From Gemmatales bacterium (GTDB lineage Bacteria; Planctomycetota; Planctomycetia; Gemmatales; HRBIN36), in contig JBDHUG010000011.1 in assembly GCA_039809045.1 (NCBI GenBank), positions 16,556 to 80,555 of the forward strand: a stretch of 64,000 bases of DNA, read 5' to 3'. Below, piece by piece: positions 10,227-20,201 of the stretch; position 1 is the first letter of the stretch; the number at the start of each line of letters is the position of its first letter. The notes beneath the pieces were generated by a model, which was not told the DNA's origin, made no database searches, and saw nothing but the letters and a program-made list of their open reading frames with translations. Made by a program: the position numbers and the translations under genes.

Positions 10227-10255
10227 TTGACCAAGCCAATCATAGGACTTACGAT
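10227..10255 (+). promoter_or_regulatory. Sigma70-type promoter
   Basis: TTGACC-N17-TACGAT upstream of the YrdC/PTP-rpiB-S1 unit. Confidence 0.5.
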
Positions 10256-10355
10256 CAATGGGTAGCCCGGTTGCATGAACTGTTTCGACTCGCATGCATC
10301 GGCAAATAACCGTCGTCGTAACTTCTTGTTATTATGCGTCTGGATATCTGACGCG

Positions 10356-11513
10356 ATGATGCACATAACCATTGCCAAAGACGCAGAGTCCGTGCCCCAG
10401 GGTTATTTACCTGTGCTGGATATTTTGACCCGGGGCGATCTGCTTGGTTGGAACACATCAGCACATGCCTGGGCGTTGACCACATTGGCAGGAGCAGATC
10501 GATTATTACAACTCGCCCAAACTTCAGGAAGTCAGGATTTACGGATATTGCTGCGGCGACCATCTGAAATGTCTGATTGGGTGCCGGGTTTAAGTCTCAA
10601 CGGCAAACGCTTTTGTCGGCGTGCATTCCAGTCAGGCTGCAGCATACGGTTTTACGATCACTATCAACAAGGCCTGGTCACCCGGTTTCCCAAACGGCTG
10701 CGCAACTGGATTATGCAACAAGGCCATTTGACTTTAATGCATGAACATAAAGATATCCTAAGTGATTTGTCACTCGCCTTGTCGCAACCGTTATTGTTTT
10801 TGGCGCATGAGGCCAATCAAGACCTGGCACCCCAAGTCGATGCTATGCTCTCGTTGACGTCCTCGGATCAAGAAGCGGAAGCCGAAGGCCCAATTTTGGC
10901 TTGGAAAAACGAGCAAGGTCAACTTGTGAAAGGTTCAATGTCTCCATCACAATTAGCTCATCTGCAACGGTGCGTGGTATTGTTTCTCTGCACGGGCAAT
11001 ACGTGCCGTTCCCCCATGGCGGCGGCTACGTTCCAAAAACATCTGGCCTCTTCACTGGATTGCTCCACCGAAGAATTGGAAGCACGTGGCTGGAGGGTCA
11101 TCTCGGCTGGTTTGTCGGCTGCTGTCGGCGTGGAAGCTAGCGAAGGGGCCAGGAACGCGATGTCCGCCCAAGGCATTTCTCTAGCAACGCATCGTAGCCA
11201 ACCTATTAACCTTGCCCTCCTTGATGAAGCCGATCACATTTACGCAATGACACAAAGCCACCTAAAAGCATTATTGGGCCGTTTGCCCCATTTGCATTCG
11301 AACTTACAACTGCTTTCTCCCGATGGGTTTGATATCATGGATCCATATGGGAGCGATCAGGCGACTTATGACGCCTGTGCTGAAAAAATCCAGGAAGTCA
11401 CTCAGTATCGCGTGAAGGAATTGCTGAACCAAATGCGTTCTGCATCCAAGGAACCGTCTGCATCCGCCCAGGCCCCTACTCATGGGCCGGATATTCCGAC
11501 AGGTGATGTATGA
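10356..11513 (+). CDS. Fusion of a degenerate YrdC/Sua5-like domain and a low-molecular-weight protein phosphatase (YwlE/PtpB-like)
   Basis: C-terminal LFLCTGNTCRSPMA P-loop, SAG, HRSQP, DIMDPYG; N-terminal half only loosely YrdC-like; start uncertain (10275 or 10356). Confidence 0.75.
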   Translation: MMHITIAKDAESVPQGYLPVLDILTRGDLLGWNTSAHAWALTTLAGADRLLQLAQTSGSQDLRILLRRPSEMSDWVPGLSLNGKRFCRRAFQSGCSIRFYDHYQQGLVTRFPKRLRNWIMQQGHLTLMHEHKDILSDLSLALSQPLLFLAHEANQDLAPQVDAMLSLTSSDQEAEAEGPILAWKNEQGQLVKGSMSPSQLAHLQRCVVLFLCTGNTCRSPMAAATFQKHLASSLDCSTEELEARGWRVISAGLSAAVGVEASEGARNAMSAQGISLATHRSQPINLALLDEADHIYAMTQSHLKALLGRLPHLHSNLQLLSPDGFDIMDPYGSDQATYDACAEKIQEVTQYRVKELLNQMRSASKEPSASAQAPTHGPDIPTGDV

Positions 11514-11962
11514 AGATTGCCGTTGGCAGTGATCATCGAGGTTTCGAAACTAAACAAAAAGTGATCAATGCCCTGCGCCAGTGGAATCATGAAGTCGAAG
11601 ATTTCGGTGCATTCAATCATGATAGCTGTGACTATCCCGATTTTGCTTTCAAGGTTGCAGAGCATGTCGGCAAACGCGACGTTGACCGTGGTGTGTTGAT
11701 CTGCGGCACAGGCATTGGCATGTGTATTGCAGCCAATAAAATCGCTGGTGTACGAGCTGCTTTATGCCATGATAGCATCACCGCTGAGATGAGCCGCCGA
11801 CACAATGATGCCAATATTCTCTGTATTTCAGCCGATTTGCTCGGAGAAGAACTCATCGAGCGAATGCTCAAAATCTGGATTGAAACACAATTTGAAGCAG
11901 GCCGGCATCAACGCCGAGTTGAAAAAATCACCCGCTGGGAAAGTGAGCACTGTCCGTCTTAA
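11510..11962 (+). CDS. rpiB: Ribose-5-phosphate isomerase B
   Basis: GSDHRG, DYPD, CGTGIG, RRHNDAN, FEAGRHQRRV. Confidence 0.95.
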   Translation: MKIAVGSDHRGFETKQKVINALRQWNHEVEDFGAFNHDSCDYPDFAFKVAEHVGKRDVDRGVLICGTGIGMCIAANKIAGVRAALCHDSITAEMSRRHNDANILCISADLLGEELIERMLKIWIETQFEAGRHQRRVEKITRWESEHCPS

Positions 11963-11992
11963 CCTTTCTTCGCATCATCAAGGATGTTTTTC

Positions 11993-13399
11993 ATGACCGA
12001 TCAACCATCCCCTGCTCCATCAGGTGAAGCTGCTTCGTTGCCCAAGGCGCCAAAGGAAGCTATTCAGGGAAAAGCCAAGCCCGAGAAGCAGCCAGCCATT
12101 CCACCACTCACGGAACCGCCCGCCAAACTTGCAGGAATGGCACTGCGAAAATCGTTCGATGCCGAAATTGAAGCGGAGTTGGAAGCCGCCATGTCGGGCC
12201 TTGACAAACAGTCGCTCATGGGCGATGTGAATCAAGCCCGAACCAAACCCGCGTCGGCGGCGACACCCGCAGATAGCGGCAGGAAGAAAGGACGCATTAT
12301 CAGCATTCATGGCGATGATGTCTTCGTGGATGTCGGTGGACGGAGCCAAGGCGTTTTAAGCCTTGATCAATTCAGCGAACCGCCACAAATTGGTCAAGAC
12401 GTGGATGTGCACATCGAAGGTTACGACCATGCTAATGGCTTGTTGGTGCTGAGCCGCCAAGGCGCTGCTGTAGCCCATGTCGATTGGTCTTCGGTTGCGG
12501 AAGGCATGATCGTCGAAGCGAAGGTCACCGGCCACAACAAAGGAGGATTGCAAGTCGAGGTCAACGGCATTCGCGGATTCATTCCCATCAGTCAAATTGA
12601 TTTGATGCGCGTTGAAGATCTGCAACCATTCGTCAACCAACGCCTGACCTGCATCGTGACCGAAGCCGTTCCCTCCGAACGAAACCTGGTTCTCAGTCGG
12701 CGCGCATTGCTCGAACAAGAACGAGATTCCGTAAAAGCCAAACTGTGGACCGAATTGGCTGAAGGACAGATTCGCAGCGGCGTGGTTCGCAAAGTCCTGG
12801 ACTTTGGCGCCTTCATCGATTTAGGCGGGGTAGATGGATTGCTGCCCATCTCTGAATTCAGCTGGCAGCGTGTCAACAATCTTGACGAACATTTAAAAAT
12901 GGGGCAACGGCTGGATGTCGAAGTGTTGCGACTCGATCGCGAACATCAAAAAATCACCTTGAGCCGTAAACACTTGGAAGCCAGCCCATGGGATGATATC
13001 GAATCACAATTTCCCGTCGGTACCCAAGTCATGGGCAAAGTTACTCGGATTATGGATTTCGGTGCCTTTGTCGAGATCAATCCAGGGCTGGAAGGATTGG
13101 TTCATATCTCGGAACTTTCCACGAAGCGTGTACATCGGGCCAGCGATATTGTGAAACCCGACCAGCAAGTGCTCGTGCAGATCATCAAAATTGAACCCGA
13201 ACAAAGACGCATCGGTTTATCTATAAAAGCCATTGCCAAAGCCGCCGAAGAGAAAGCCCTGGCTGAAGCAGAAGCTAAGGCTGAGGCCGAGGAAGCTGCA
13301 CTGCCCGCAAAGCCCCCCGCGCCTCGGCGAACGGACCTCAAGGGTGGACTGGGGCAAGGTAATCCATTTGCCGGTTTACTCAAGCCAAAACCTGATTAG
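11993..13399 (+). CDS. S1-domain RNA-binding protein (short ribosomal protein S1 paralog)
   Basis: Four S1 repeats ([45 protein letters not shown]); Pro/Ala-rich termini. Confidence 0.8.
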   Translation: MTDQPSPAPSGEAASLPKAPKEAIQGKAKPEKQPAIPPLTEPPAKLAGMALRKSFDAEIEAELEAAMSGLDKQSLMGDVNQARTKPASAATPADSGRKKGRIISIHGDDVFVDVGGRSQGVLSLDQFSEPPQIGQDVDVHIEGYDHANGLLVLSRQGAAVAHVDWSSVAEGMIVEAKVTGHNKGGLQVEVNGIRGFIPISQIDLMRVEDLQPFVNQRLTCIVTEAVPSERNLVLSRRALLEQERDSVKAKLWTELAEGQIRSGVVRKVLDFGAFIDLGGVDGLLPISEFSWQRVNNLDEHLKMGQRLDVEVLRLDREHQKITLSRKHLEASPWDDIESQFPVGTQVMGKVTRIMDFGAFVEINPGLEGLVHISELSTKRVHRASDIVKPDQQVLVQIIKIEPEQRRIGLSIKAIAKAAEEKALAEAEAKAEAEEAALPAKPPAPRRTDLKGGLGQGNPFAGLLKPKPD

Positions 13400-13413
13400 C
13401 ATGATGACCTAGA

Positions 13414-15162
13414 TCAGGTATTCTGAACCTTGACGTATGTTTGTGCATATTCTGCTTGCGCTTTGTGCTGTGCCGTTCGACGTTGACGATAATACATGTA
13501 TCCTGGCGTGAAAAAAGCGACTGCCGAAACGATTCCGAACAAGAGCACGTCGATGCGAGGCCAAATGGCCATAGCGATGGCACACAGGAACATTCCACCC
13601 GCAGTGAAGTAAAACGAACCTGACAACGTTCCGCCTTTGATCAAAAAGACCATTCCCGCGATGATCGCCAGCACAGGCGATAGCTTTAAAGCAGGCATGT
13701 CCAATAGTATTTCAACCATGAACAAGGCAATGCTCGCGAAAATCGCCCCTGCCCAAACATGAGCAATTTGTCGCTCCACAAAATTGATAGGCCCACCGCG
13801 CAGCCGAATATTCCAGAAAAAATAAGCCCAAACGGAAAGACCGGTACCCCACAGGGCCATATAGACCACATGTGATCCATACCCTAATTCCTTCAATCCG
13901 TTGGTTACAGCACATAAAAAAAACACGACAAAACTATGCCACATCCAAAGGAGTCCCCAATTCTCTAATACGGCGGCATGGTGCGTTGGCCGGAGCATCC
14001 GAAAGACAAATTGGACCAAACTCTCAGGTCCAGCAGTGATAGGCCTGCCTTCAAGAAAAGCTTGCAAGTCTGCAGCTAAAGCGGCAGCTGAGGCATAACG
14101 GAGGTCGATCGGCTTTTGCAAACACTTCAGACAAATCGATTCTAAATCATGAGGCACATTAGGGTTCAACAAACGTGGCGGTACGGGGTCTTGTTCAAGC
14201 ATGAGCATGACCGTATCGACCAAGGTGGCAGCTTGAAACGGTGGCCGGCCTGTGAGCAAATGGTAAAGAATCGCCCCCAAGCTATATACGTCGCATGCCG
14301 GTGTCAACTGTCCGCGAAATCGGCCTGCTTGTTCTGGGGGCATGTAACTGGGAGTGCCCAAGATGGCCCCCGACTGAGTGAGGGATAAAGCCTTCATCGG
14401 CTTGATGGTCGAGCTGAATTCAGACGTTGCCGCTATGATGGGGTTGATCTTGGCCAAACCAAAATCAGTGATATGCGGTTGACCAGCTTGATCAATCAGC
14501 ACATTCGACGGCTTCAAATCGCGATGAAAAATGCCTTTGGCATGGGCATGATCGATAGCGGATGCCAGAATCAGCATCAAATGAGCTGCATCCATCGCTG
14601 GGAAAGGACCGCGGGCTACCTTGGCAGCCAATGTCTCTCCCTCAATGTATTTCATGGTAAAATAAGCACGCCCTTGATGCTCGCCTGTTTCATAAATCGG
14701 CACAATATGAGGGTGATCTAATTGCCCAATCGCTGCAGCTTCAGATCTGAAGCGCGAGATTTCCTCAGAACTGGCCAGTTCCCCACTGGTCAACATTTTG
14801 AGCGCTACACGACGATTAAGCGATTTTTGTCGGACGCAATAAACAACGCCCATGCCCCCGCGTCCAACCTCTGCAATGATTTCATAATCGTCAAATGCTT
14901 GTGGCAGCGATCGAGACACGCCATGGCTGGCAGCATATGAAGGTGTGGTCTTCATGCTGAGAAGCGGGGGCGCCAATTCCTCCAGCATGAGCAAGGCAGG
15001 CCACAATTCACGGAGATCAGCTTCCCATTGCGGATTCGATTGGACGACTTTTTCCAAGTCGAGTTGTTCACCGCTTCGTAAAGAAGCGGTCAATTCAGCT
15101 AATAGCCGGTCCAAGGCTGCTTCATTTGAATCGATTTCGCTAAGTCGAGGTGGATGGTTCAC
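13414..15162 (-). CDS. Hanks-type Ser/Thr protein kinase with a C-terminal multi-TM region
   Basis: GRGGMGVVY, VALK, HRDLKPSN, DFGLA, GTPSYMPPEQ; about 6 TM helices after the kinase domain. Confidence 0.95.
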   Translation of the reverse strand: MNHPPRLSEIDSNEAALDRLLAELTASLRSGEQLDLEKVVQSNPQWEADLRELWPALLMLEELAPPLLSMKTTPSYAASHGVSRSLPQAFDDYEIIAEVGRGGMGVVYCVRQKSLNRRVALKMLTSGELASSEEISRFRSEAAAIGQLDHPHIVPIYETGEHQGRAYFTMKYIEGETLAAKVARGPFPAMDAAHLMLILASAIDHAHAKGIFHRDLKPSNVLIDQAGQPHITDFGLAKINPIIAATSEFSSTIKPMKALSLTQSGAILGTPSYMPPEQAGRFRGQLTPACDVYSLGAILYHLLTGRPPFQAATLVDTVMLMLEQDPVPPRLLNPNVPHDLESICLKCLQKPIDLRYASAAALAADLQAFLEGRPITAGPESLVQFVFRMLRPTHHAAVLENWGLLWMWHSFVVFFLCAVTNGLKELGYGSHVVYMALWGTGLSVWAYFFWNIRLRGGPINFVERQIAHVWAGAIFASIALFMVEILLDMPALKLSPVLAIIAGMVFLIKGGTLSGSFYFTAGGMFLCAIAMAIWPRIDVLLFGIVSAVAFFTPGYMYYRQRRTAQHKAQAEYAQTYVKVQNT

Positions 15163-15806
15163 GCGGTTGGACCTGGATTCATCAATTGACTGTCTTCGGG
15201 CCCTAATAAGGTTCGCAAGCGCCGTAGTGCGCGCAAGTATCGCATGGAAGCAGCGGCTTCGGTCAGATTCAATAACAGAGCGACTTCTTGATTGGTGAGC
15301 TGCTCAACATGCCGATAAACGACAATCTCCCGATCATCTTCATCCATTTGTAACAGAGCATGGCGAAAGCGGTCTAGCATTTCCTGGCGGATTGCTTCAG
15401 CCGCTGGCGTGCGTTCAGGGTCGATAAACGCTATGGCCATGTCCATGGACGATTGATCATGAGCAGCTTGCAAGGCTTGTTCTCGGTCGAGACTCCGCCG
15501 TTGAGCGACACGGTGCTTTCGATGCGCATCGATGATGTGGTCGCGTGCCAGATGACGCAACCATAAACCAAACGGCATCTTGGCGTCCCGTAAGTAATCA
15601 TCAAGCCTTTTGCTAGCCTCCAACATCACTTCTTGCACAATGTCGCTGGCATCTACACGCCGAGCAAGTGCTGGGTCCAATCGCATCGCTACTGCTCGAC
15701 GCAACGCGTCGCGATGTTCCATGATCAGTTGCGTAACGGCTTCTGATCGACCCTGTTTTGCCAATTCTAACAGTTGCTCAGTTCGTTCACTTGTTGGCCA
15801 GGTCAC
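15159..15806 (-). CDS. ECF sigma-70 factor (planctomycete STK-associated type)
   Basis: RRVDASDIVQE, WLRHLA, region-4 HTH ending AAASMRYLRALRRL; overlaps the kinase start by 4 bp. Confidence 0.9.
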   Translation of the reverse strand: MTWPTSERTEQLLELAKQGRSEAVTQLIMEHRDALRRAVAMRLDPALARRVDASDIVQEVMLEASKRLDDYLRDAKMPFGLWLRHLARDHIIDAHRKHRVAQRRSLDREQALQAAHDQSSMDMAIAFIDPERTPAAEAIRQEMLDRFRHALLQMDEDDREIVVYRHVEQLTNQEVALLLNLTEAAASMRYLRALRRLRTLLGPEDSQLMNPGPTA

Positions 15807-15823
15807 ACATTCGTCCTTTTACA

Positions 15824-15889
15824 TAAGTCTTTACGAGATTAGACTTAATGGAAAAAACGGCTAAAATATAGACAAAAAGGTAGATATTT
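15824..15889. promoter_or_regulatory. Divergent promoter region with two palindromes (candidate Rrf2 operators)
   Basis: TAAGTCT-N10-AGACTTA (15824-15847) and AAATATAGAC-N6-GTAGATATTT (15864-15889). Confidence 0.5.
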
Positions 15890-15939
15890 AATAGGAATAA
15901 GAATAGCGAATTAAATGCTTCTCCGACCATGAGTGTACC

Positions 15940-16491
15940 ATGAAAATCTCAGCGCTGGAAGAGTATGGTTTACGTTGTTTGCTTCAACTGGCTAGGACAC
16001 CGGACCGCTCGCTCACGATTACGGAAATAGCCGAGCGTGAGAGTATGTCCAGTCCTTATGTGGCCAAGCTGCTGTCCATTCTACGCCAAGAAGGGCTGAT
16101 TGAAAGCGTACGCGGCCGCAGCGGAGGATACCGTCTGACCCGACCTCCTCACGAAGTTCGCTTAGGCAACATTCTTCAGGCATTAAGCCAGCCGCTGTTC
16201 GAAGATCCAGCTTACTGTGAAAAACATGCAGGCACTGATCCATCAGGTATGTGCATTCATCATGGCCAATGTTCGCTGCGTGCTCTCTGGCAGATGGTCG
16301 AAGATTTAATGCGGACAGCTTTGGATCATATTTCACTGGCCGATTTGCTGGGTGATCAAGAACAGCTAACGAACTTGTTGCGCAGCCGTTTTCTTAATGC
16401 TGTTCAACATTCAGCACAGTCGTTGAACTTAATCTCATTGAATGCCCCTGATCGGCGACTGGAACCGGTATCGACCGAACACCCGCTATAG
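15940..16491 (+). CDS. Rrf2-family Fe-S transcriptional regulator of suf
   Basis: [17 protein letters not shown] wing; three C-terminal Cys (YCEKH...[10 protein letters not shown]). Confidence 0.9.
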   Translation: MKISALEEYGLRCLLQLARTPDRSLTITEIAERESMSSPYVAKLLSILRQEGLIESVRGRSGGYRLTRPPHEVRLGNILQALSQPLFEDPAYCEKHAGTDPSGMCIHHGQCSLRALWQMVEDLMRTALDHISLADLLGDQEQLTNLLRSRFLNAVQHSAQSLNLISLNAPDRRLEPVSTEHPL

Positions 16492-16540
16492 GAAAACAAA
16501 GCAAAATCACCAGAAGCAGACCAAGCATGGGAGAATAGAA

Positions 16541-17992
16541 ATGCCAACCTCTACGGATACCCTTAAGGAATTGGCTAGCCGTGACTATAAAGAAGGTTTT
16601 TTTACCTCCATTGAAAGCGATACGCTGCCAAAGGGCTTGAACGAAGACGTGATTCGTCAAATATCTGCCAAGAAGCAAGAACCAGATTGGTTGTACGAGT
16701 GGCGGCTTAAAGCATTTCGCCATTGGCAGACAATGGAAGAACCACGCTGGTGGCCTAACTTGGAAATAGGCCCCATCGACTACCAGGCCATCAGTTACTA
16801 CTCAGCTCCCAAGCAAAAGAAGAAACTGGCCAGCATGGACGAAGTTGATCCCGATCTTCGCCGGACGTTCGAGAAGTTGGGCATATCTTTGGACGAACAA
16901 AAGCGGCTTGCTGGTGTGGCGGTTGACGCTGTGTTTGACAGCGTGTCTGTGGCCACAACTTACAAAGAAACACTAAAGGAAAAGGGCATTATCTTTTGCT
17001 CTTTTTCCGAAGCCGTTCGCGAACACCCGGACTTGGTAAAGCACTACCTCGGTTCCGTTGTACCCTACAATGATAACTTTTTTGCGGCACTCAACTCTGC
17101 TGTTTTTAGTGATGGGTCGTTCGTATTCATCCCCAAAGGGGTGCGGTGCCCCATGGAGTTGTCCACCTATTTCCGCATCAACGCAGCAGAAACGGGTCAG
17201 TTCGAACGCACCCTTATCATTGCTGAGGAACGAGCTTATGTCAGCTATCTGGAAGGCTGCACAGCCCCCATGCGGGATGAGAATCAACTCCATGCAGCCG
17301 TCGTTGAGTTGATTGCGATCGGTGATGATGCCCAAATCAAGTATTCGACCGTTCAGAACTGGTATCCGGGCGACAAGGAAGGCCGGGGCGGGATTTATAA
17401 TTTCGTCACGAAGCGAGGAGCTTGTCGCGGCAAGCGCTCCAAAATCTCATGGACGCAAGTGGAAACAGGCTCCGCCATTACCTGGAAGTACCCAAGTGTT
17501 ATCTTGCAGGGCGACGATGCCGTCGGGGAGTTTTACTCCGTCGCCTTGACCAAGAATAAGCAACAGGCCGACACGGGCACGAAAATGATCCACATCGGCA
17601 AAAACACCAAAAGCACCATCGTCTCGAAAGGTATCTCGGCGGGCAATGGCCAAAACACCTATCGAGGCGAAGTCAAAGTCATGAAAGGGGCTGACAACGC
17701 CCGTAATTATTCGCAATGCGACTCCATGCTGCTAGGCGACCGCTGCGGAGCGCACACGTTTCCTTACATTGACGTGCGTAACCCATCAGCCAGGGTCGAA
17801 CATGAAGCCAGCACCTCGAAGATTGGCGAGGACCAGATCTTTTACTGTAATCAACGCGGCATCAGCACCGAGGATGCGATTGGCTTGATCGTCAATGGTT
17901 TTTGCAAAGAGGTCTTCCGCGAACTGCCCATGGAGTTTGCTGTCGAAGCACAGAAATTGCTCGGCATCAGCCTGGAAGGCAGTGTTGGCTAG
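16541..17992 (+). CDS. sufB: Fe-S cluster assembly protein SufB
   Basis: [44 protein letters not shown]. Confidence 0.97.
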   Translation: MPTSTDTLKELASRDYKEGFFTSIESDTLPKGLNEDVIRQISAKKQEPDWLYEWRLKAFRHWQTMEEPRWWPNLEIGPIDYQAISYYSAPKQKKKLASMDEVDPDLRRTFEKLGISLDEQKRLAGVAVDAVFDSVSVATTYKETLKEKGIIFCSFSEAVREHPDLVKHYLGSVVPYNDNFFAALNSAVFSDGSFVFIPKGVRCPMELSTYFRINAAETGQFERTLIIAEERAYVSYLEGCTAPMRDENQLHAAVVELIAIGDDAQIKYSTVQNWYPGDKEGRGGIYNFVTKRGACRGKRSKISWTQVETGSAITWKYPSVILQGDDAVGEFYSVALTKNKQQADTGTKMIHIGKNTKSTIVSKGISAGNGQNTYRGEVKVMKGADNARNYSQCDSMLLGDRCGAHTFPYIDVRNPSARVEHEASTSKIGEDQIFYCNQRGISTEDAIGLIVNGFCKEVFRELPMEFAVEAQKLLGISLEGSVG

Positions 17993-18042
17993 TCATTGAA
18001 ATAGGAACATCAACAACACATTTTCAACGCTAGGTAGGGGTT

Positions 18043-18813
18043 ATGCTAAAGATCGACAACTTACACGCTCGCGTCGAAGATAAAGAGATTCTTCGTGGTT
18101 TAAATCTGGAAATCAACGCGGGTGAAGTCCATGCCATCATGGGGCCCAATGGCTCCGGCAAAAGCACGCTTGCAGGCGTGCTTGCAGGGCGTGATGCCTA
18201 TGAAGTCACCAACGGCACGGTGACCTACAAAGGTCAGGATTTACTGGAAATGAATCCCGAAGAGCGTGCGCGTGAAGGTGTGTTCCTTGCGTTCCAATAT
18301 CCCGTCGAAATCCCGGGCGTAAGCAACCTTTACTTTCTCCGCGCTGCCCTAAACGCTGTTCGCAAGCACCATGGACAACCTGAAGTCGATGCGGTCGAGT
18401 TTCTGAAACTGGTCCGCTCCAAGCTCAAGCTTTTGCAAATGGACGAAGCCATGCTTCAACGGGCTGTGAACGAAGGCTTCTCGGGTGGTGAAAAGAAACG
18501 CAATGAGATTTTTCAAATGGCGGTCCTGAATCCAACCTTGGCCATCCTCGATGAAACGGATTCGGGTTTGGATATCGACGCATTGAAAATCGTGTCCGAC
18601 GGGGTAAATGCACTACGCGGCCAAGATCGCGGCATTCTTGTCATAACCCATTATCAACGCTTGCTCAACTTTATCGTGCCCGACTTTGTCCATGTCCTCT
18701 ATCAAGGACGCATCGTGAAAAGCGGCGACAAGGCTCTGGCCCTGGAGTTGGAACGCAATGGTTATGGTTGGATTGAAAAAGAAGCTCGCCAAAGTCAATT
18801 GGCCTCAGTTTAA
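18043..18813 (+). CDS. sufC: Fe-S assembly ABC ATPase SufC
   Basis: GPNGSGKST, FSGGEKKRNE, LDETDSGLDID, ITHY. Confidence 0.97.
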   Translation: MLKIDNLHARVEDKEILRGLNLEINAGEVHAIMGPNGSGKSTLAGVLAGRDAYEVTNGTVTYKGQDLLEMNPEERAREGVFLAFQYPVEIPGVSNLYFLRAALNAVRKHHGQPEVDAVEFLKLVRSKLKLLQMDEAMLQRAVNEGFSGGEKKRNEIFQMAVLNPTLAILDETDSGLDIDALKIVSDGVNALRGQDRGILVITHYQRLLNFIVPDFVHVLYQGRIVKSGDKALALELERNGYGWIEKEARQSQLASV

Positions 18814-18831
18814 CCCGGGAGATCAGCAACC

Positions 18832-20184
18832 ATGCCTAACACGTTGAAATCCGCTCATCTCCCACTGCATCGGGCAGCTGTTCACGCATACTTGGATGCA
18901 TTTGCAGCATTTGAGCGAACCCACGGCTCTGCCTGGCGACCAGCGCTCCGTCATTTACGCAAAGCAGCGATCGCGCGTTTGGATGCTTTGGGGTTCCCCG
19001 GACCGCGCGATGAAGAATATCGCTTCACCCCGATCCAGCCATTGTTGCAAACTCCGTTTCAAATGGCAGCAGCGAACGTCCATGATCGCGTCGATGATTG
19101 CGTTGCATTGAAGCATGCCATCGAAATCCCTGATGCAATCAAACTTGTGCTTGTGAACGGCTTTCTCGCGCGAACCTCCGCTCTTCAAGACTTACCCAAA
19201 GGTATGTCCATCGGGTCACTGGCCAAGGCGTGTTCCGAACAAGCGGATCTTGTTGAATCTCACCTGGGCAAGTATGTCAAAGTGGATCGTATGCCGTTTG
19301 CCCTACTCAATACAGCCTTCTTTCAGGATGGCGTCTTCATCCATTTGCCGGCACAATGCGTGGTGGAAAGGCCCATTCACCTGATCTTCCTGAGCACGGC
19401 AGAACAACCACAAGTCAACTATCCACGGCAACTGCTCATTGCAGAGAAAGGCAGTCGGGCGACCGTCTTAGAAACACACCTGAGTCTGGACAACGGTGTT
19501 CCTTTTACCAACTGCATCAGTGAATATCTGCTGGATCCTAGTGCAAACATCGATCATTATCAGGTGCAGCAGACTAGTCGCAATGGATTCCACTTCTCGA
19601 CGCAGTTTGCCCGATTAACTCAAGGAAGCCAGTATCGATCGCATTTACTTCAATGGGGTGGCAAACTCGTCCGCAACGATGTCATGGCTGTGCTCGATGG
19701 TGCAGATGCAGAGTGTACCATCAATGGACTGGTGCATGTTGACGGCCAGCGTCTCATTGATCATCACACGGTGATTGATCATGCTCAGCCCAATTGCCCA
19801 AGCCACGAATTGTTCAAGCACATCGTTGATGGCGATGGCCAGGCCGTTTTCAACGGTAAAATCTTTGTGCGTCAGGATGCCCAAAAAACCGATGCCAAAC
19901 AAACCAACCAAACGTTGTTACTATCCCCCAATGGTCGAGTTCTCACGAAACCACAATTAGAAATCTTTGCCGACGACGTGAAGTGTACGCACGGAGCCAC
20001 GGTTGGACAGTTAGAGGAAGAAGCCCTGTTCTATCTGCGTTCACGAGGGATCAGCCAGGAACAGGCCCAATCGTTGCTGACGTTTGCATTTGCTAACGAT
20101 ATCATTCATCGCATTCAGTTGCTGCCCTTGCGGTCAGCGCTTGAGCATCAACTGTTGGCGGTGCATCACTTACCGGAGGAATAA
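18832..20184 (+). CDS. sufD: Fe-S cluster assembly protein SufD
   Basis: EEYRFT, FNGKIFV, KPQLEIFADDVKCTHGATVG, FYLRSRGI. Confidence 0.95.
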   Translation: MPNTLKSAHLPLHRAAVHAYLDAFAAFERTHGSAWRPALRHLRKAAIARLDALGFPGPRDEEYRFTPIQPLLQTPFQMAAANVHDRVDDCVALKHAIEIPDAIKLVLVNGFLARTSALQDLPKGMSIGSLAKACSEQADLVESHLGKYVKVDRMPFALLNTAFFQDGVFIHLPAQCVVERPIHLIFLSTAEQPQVNYPRQLLIAEKGSRATVLETHLSLDNGVPFTNCISEYLLDPSANIDHYQVQQTSRNGFHFSTQFARLTQGSQYRSHLLQWGGKLVRNDVMAVLDGADAECTINGLVHVDGQRLIDHHTVIDHAQPNCPSHELFKHIVDGDGQAVFNGKIFVRQDAQKTDAKQTNQTLLLSPNGRVLTKPQLEIFADDVKCTHGATVGQLEEEALFYLRSRGISQEQAQSLLTFAFANDIIHRIQLLPLRSALEHQLLAVHHLPEE

Positions 20185-20201
20185 TCCTCTAGGACCGTCC
20201 G

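Noticed and set aside
13240-13300. Repetitive GCTGAAGC/GCTGAGGC sequence
   Set aside because: Simply encodes the Ala/Glu-rich [13 protein letters not shown] helix; not a DNA repeat element
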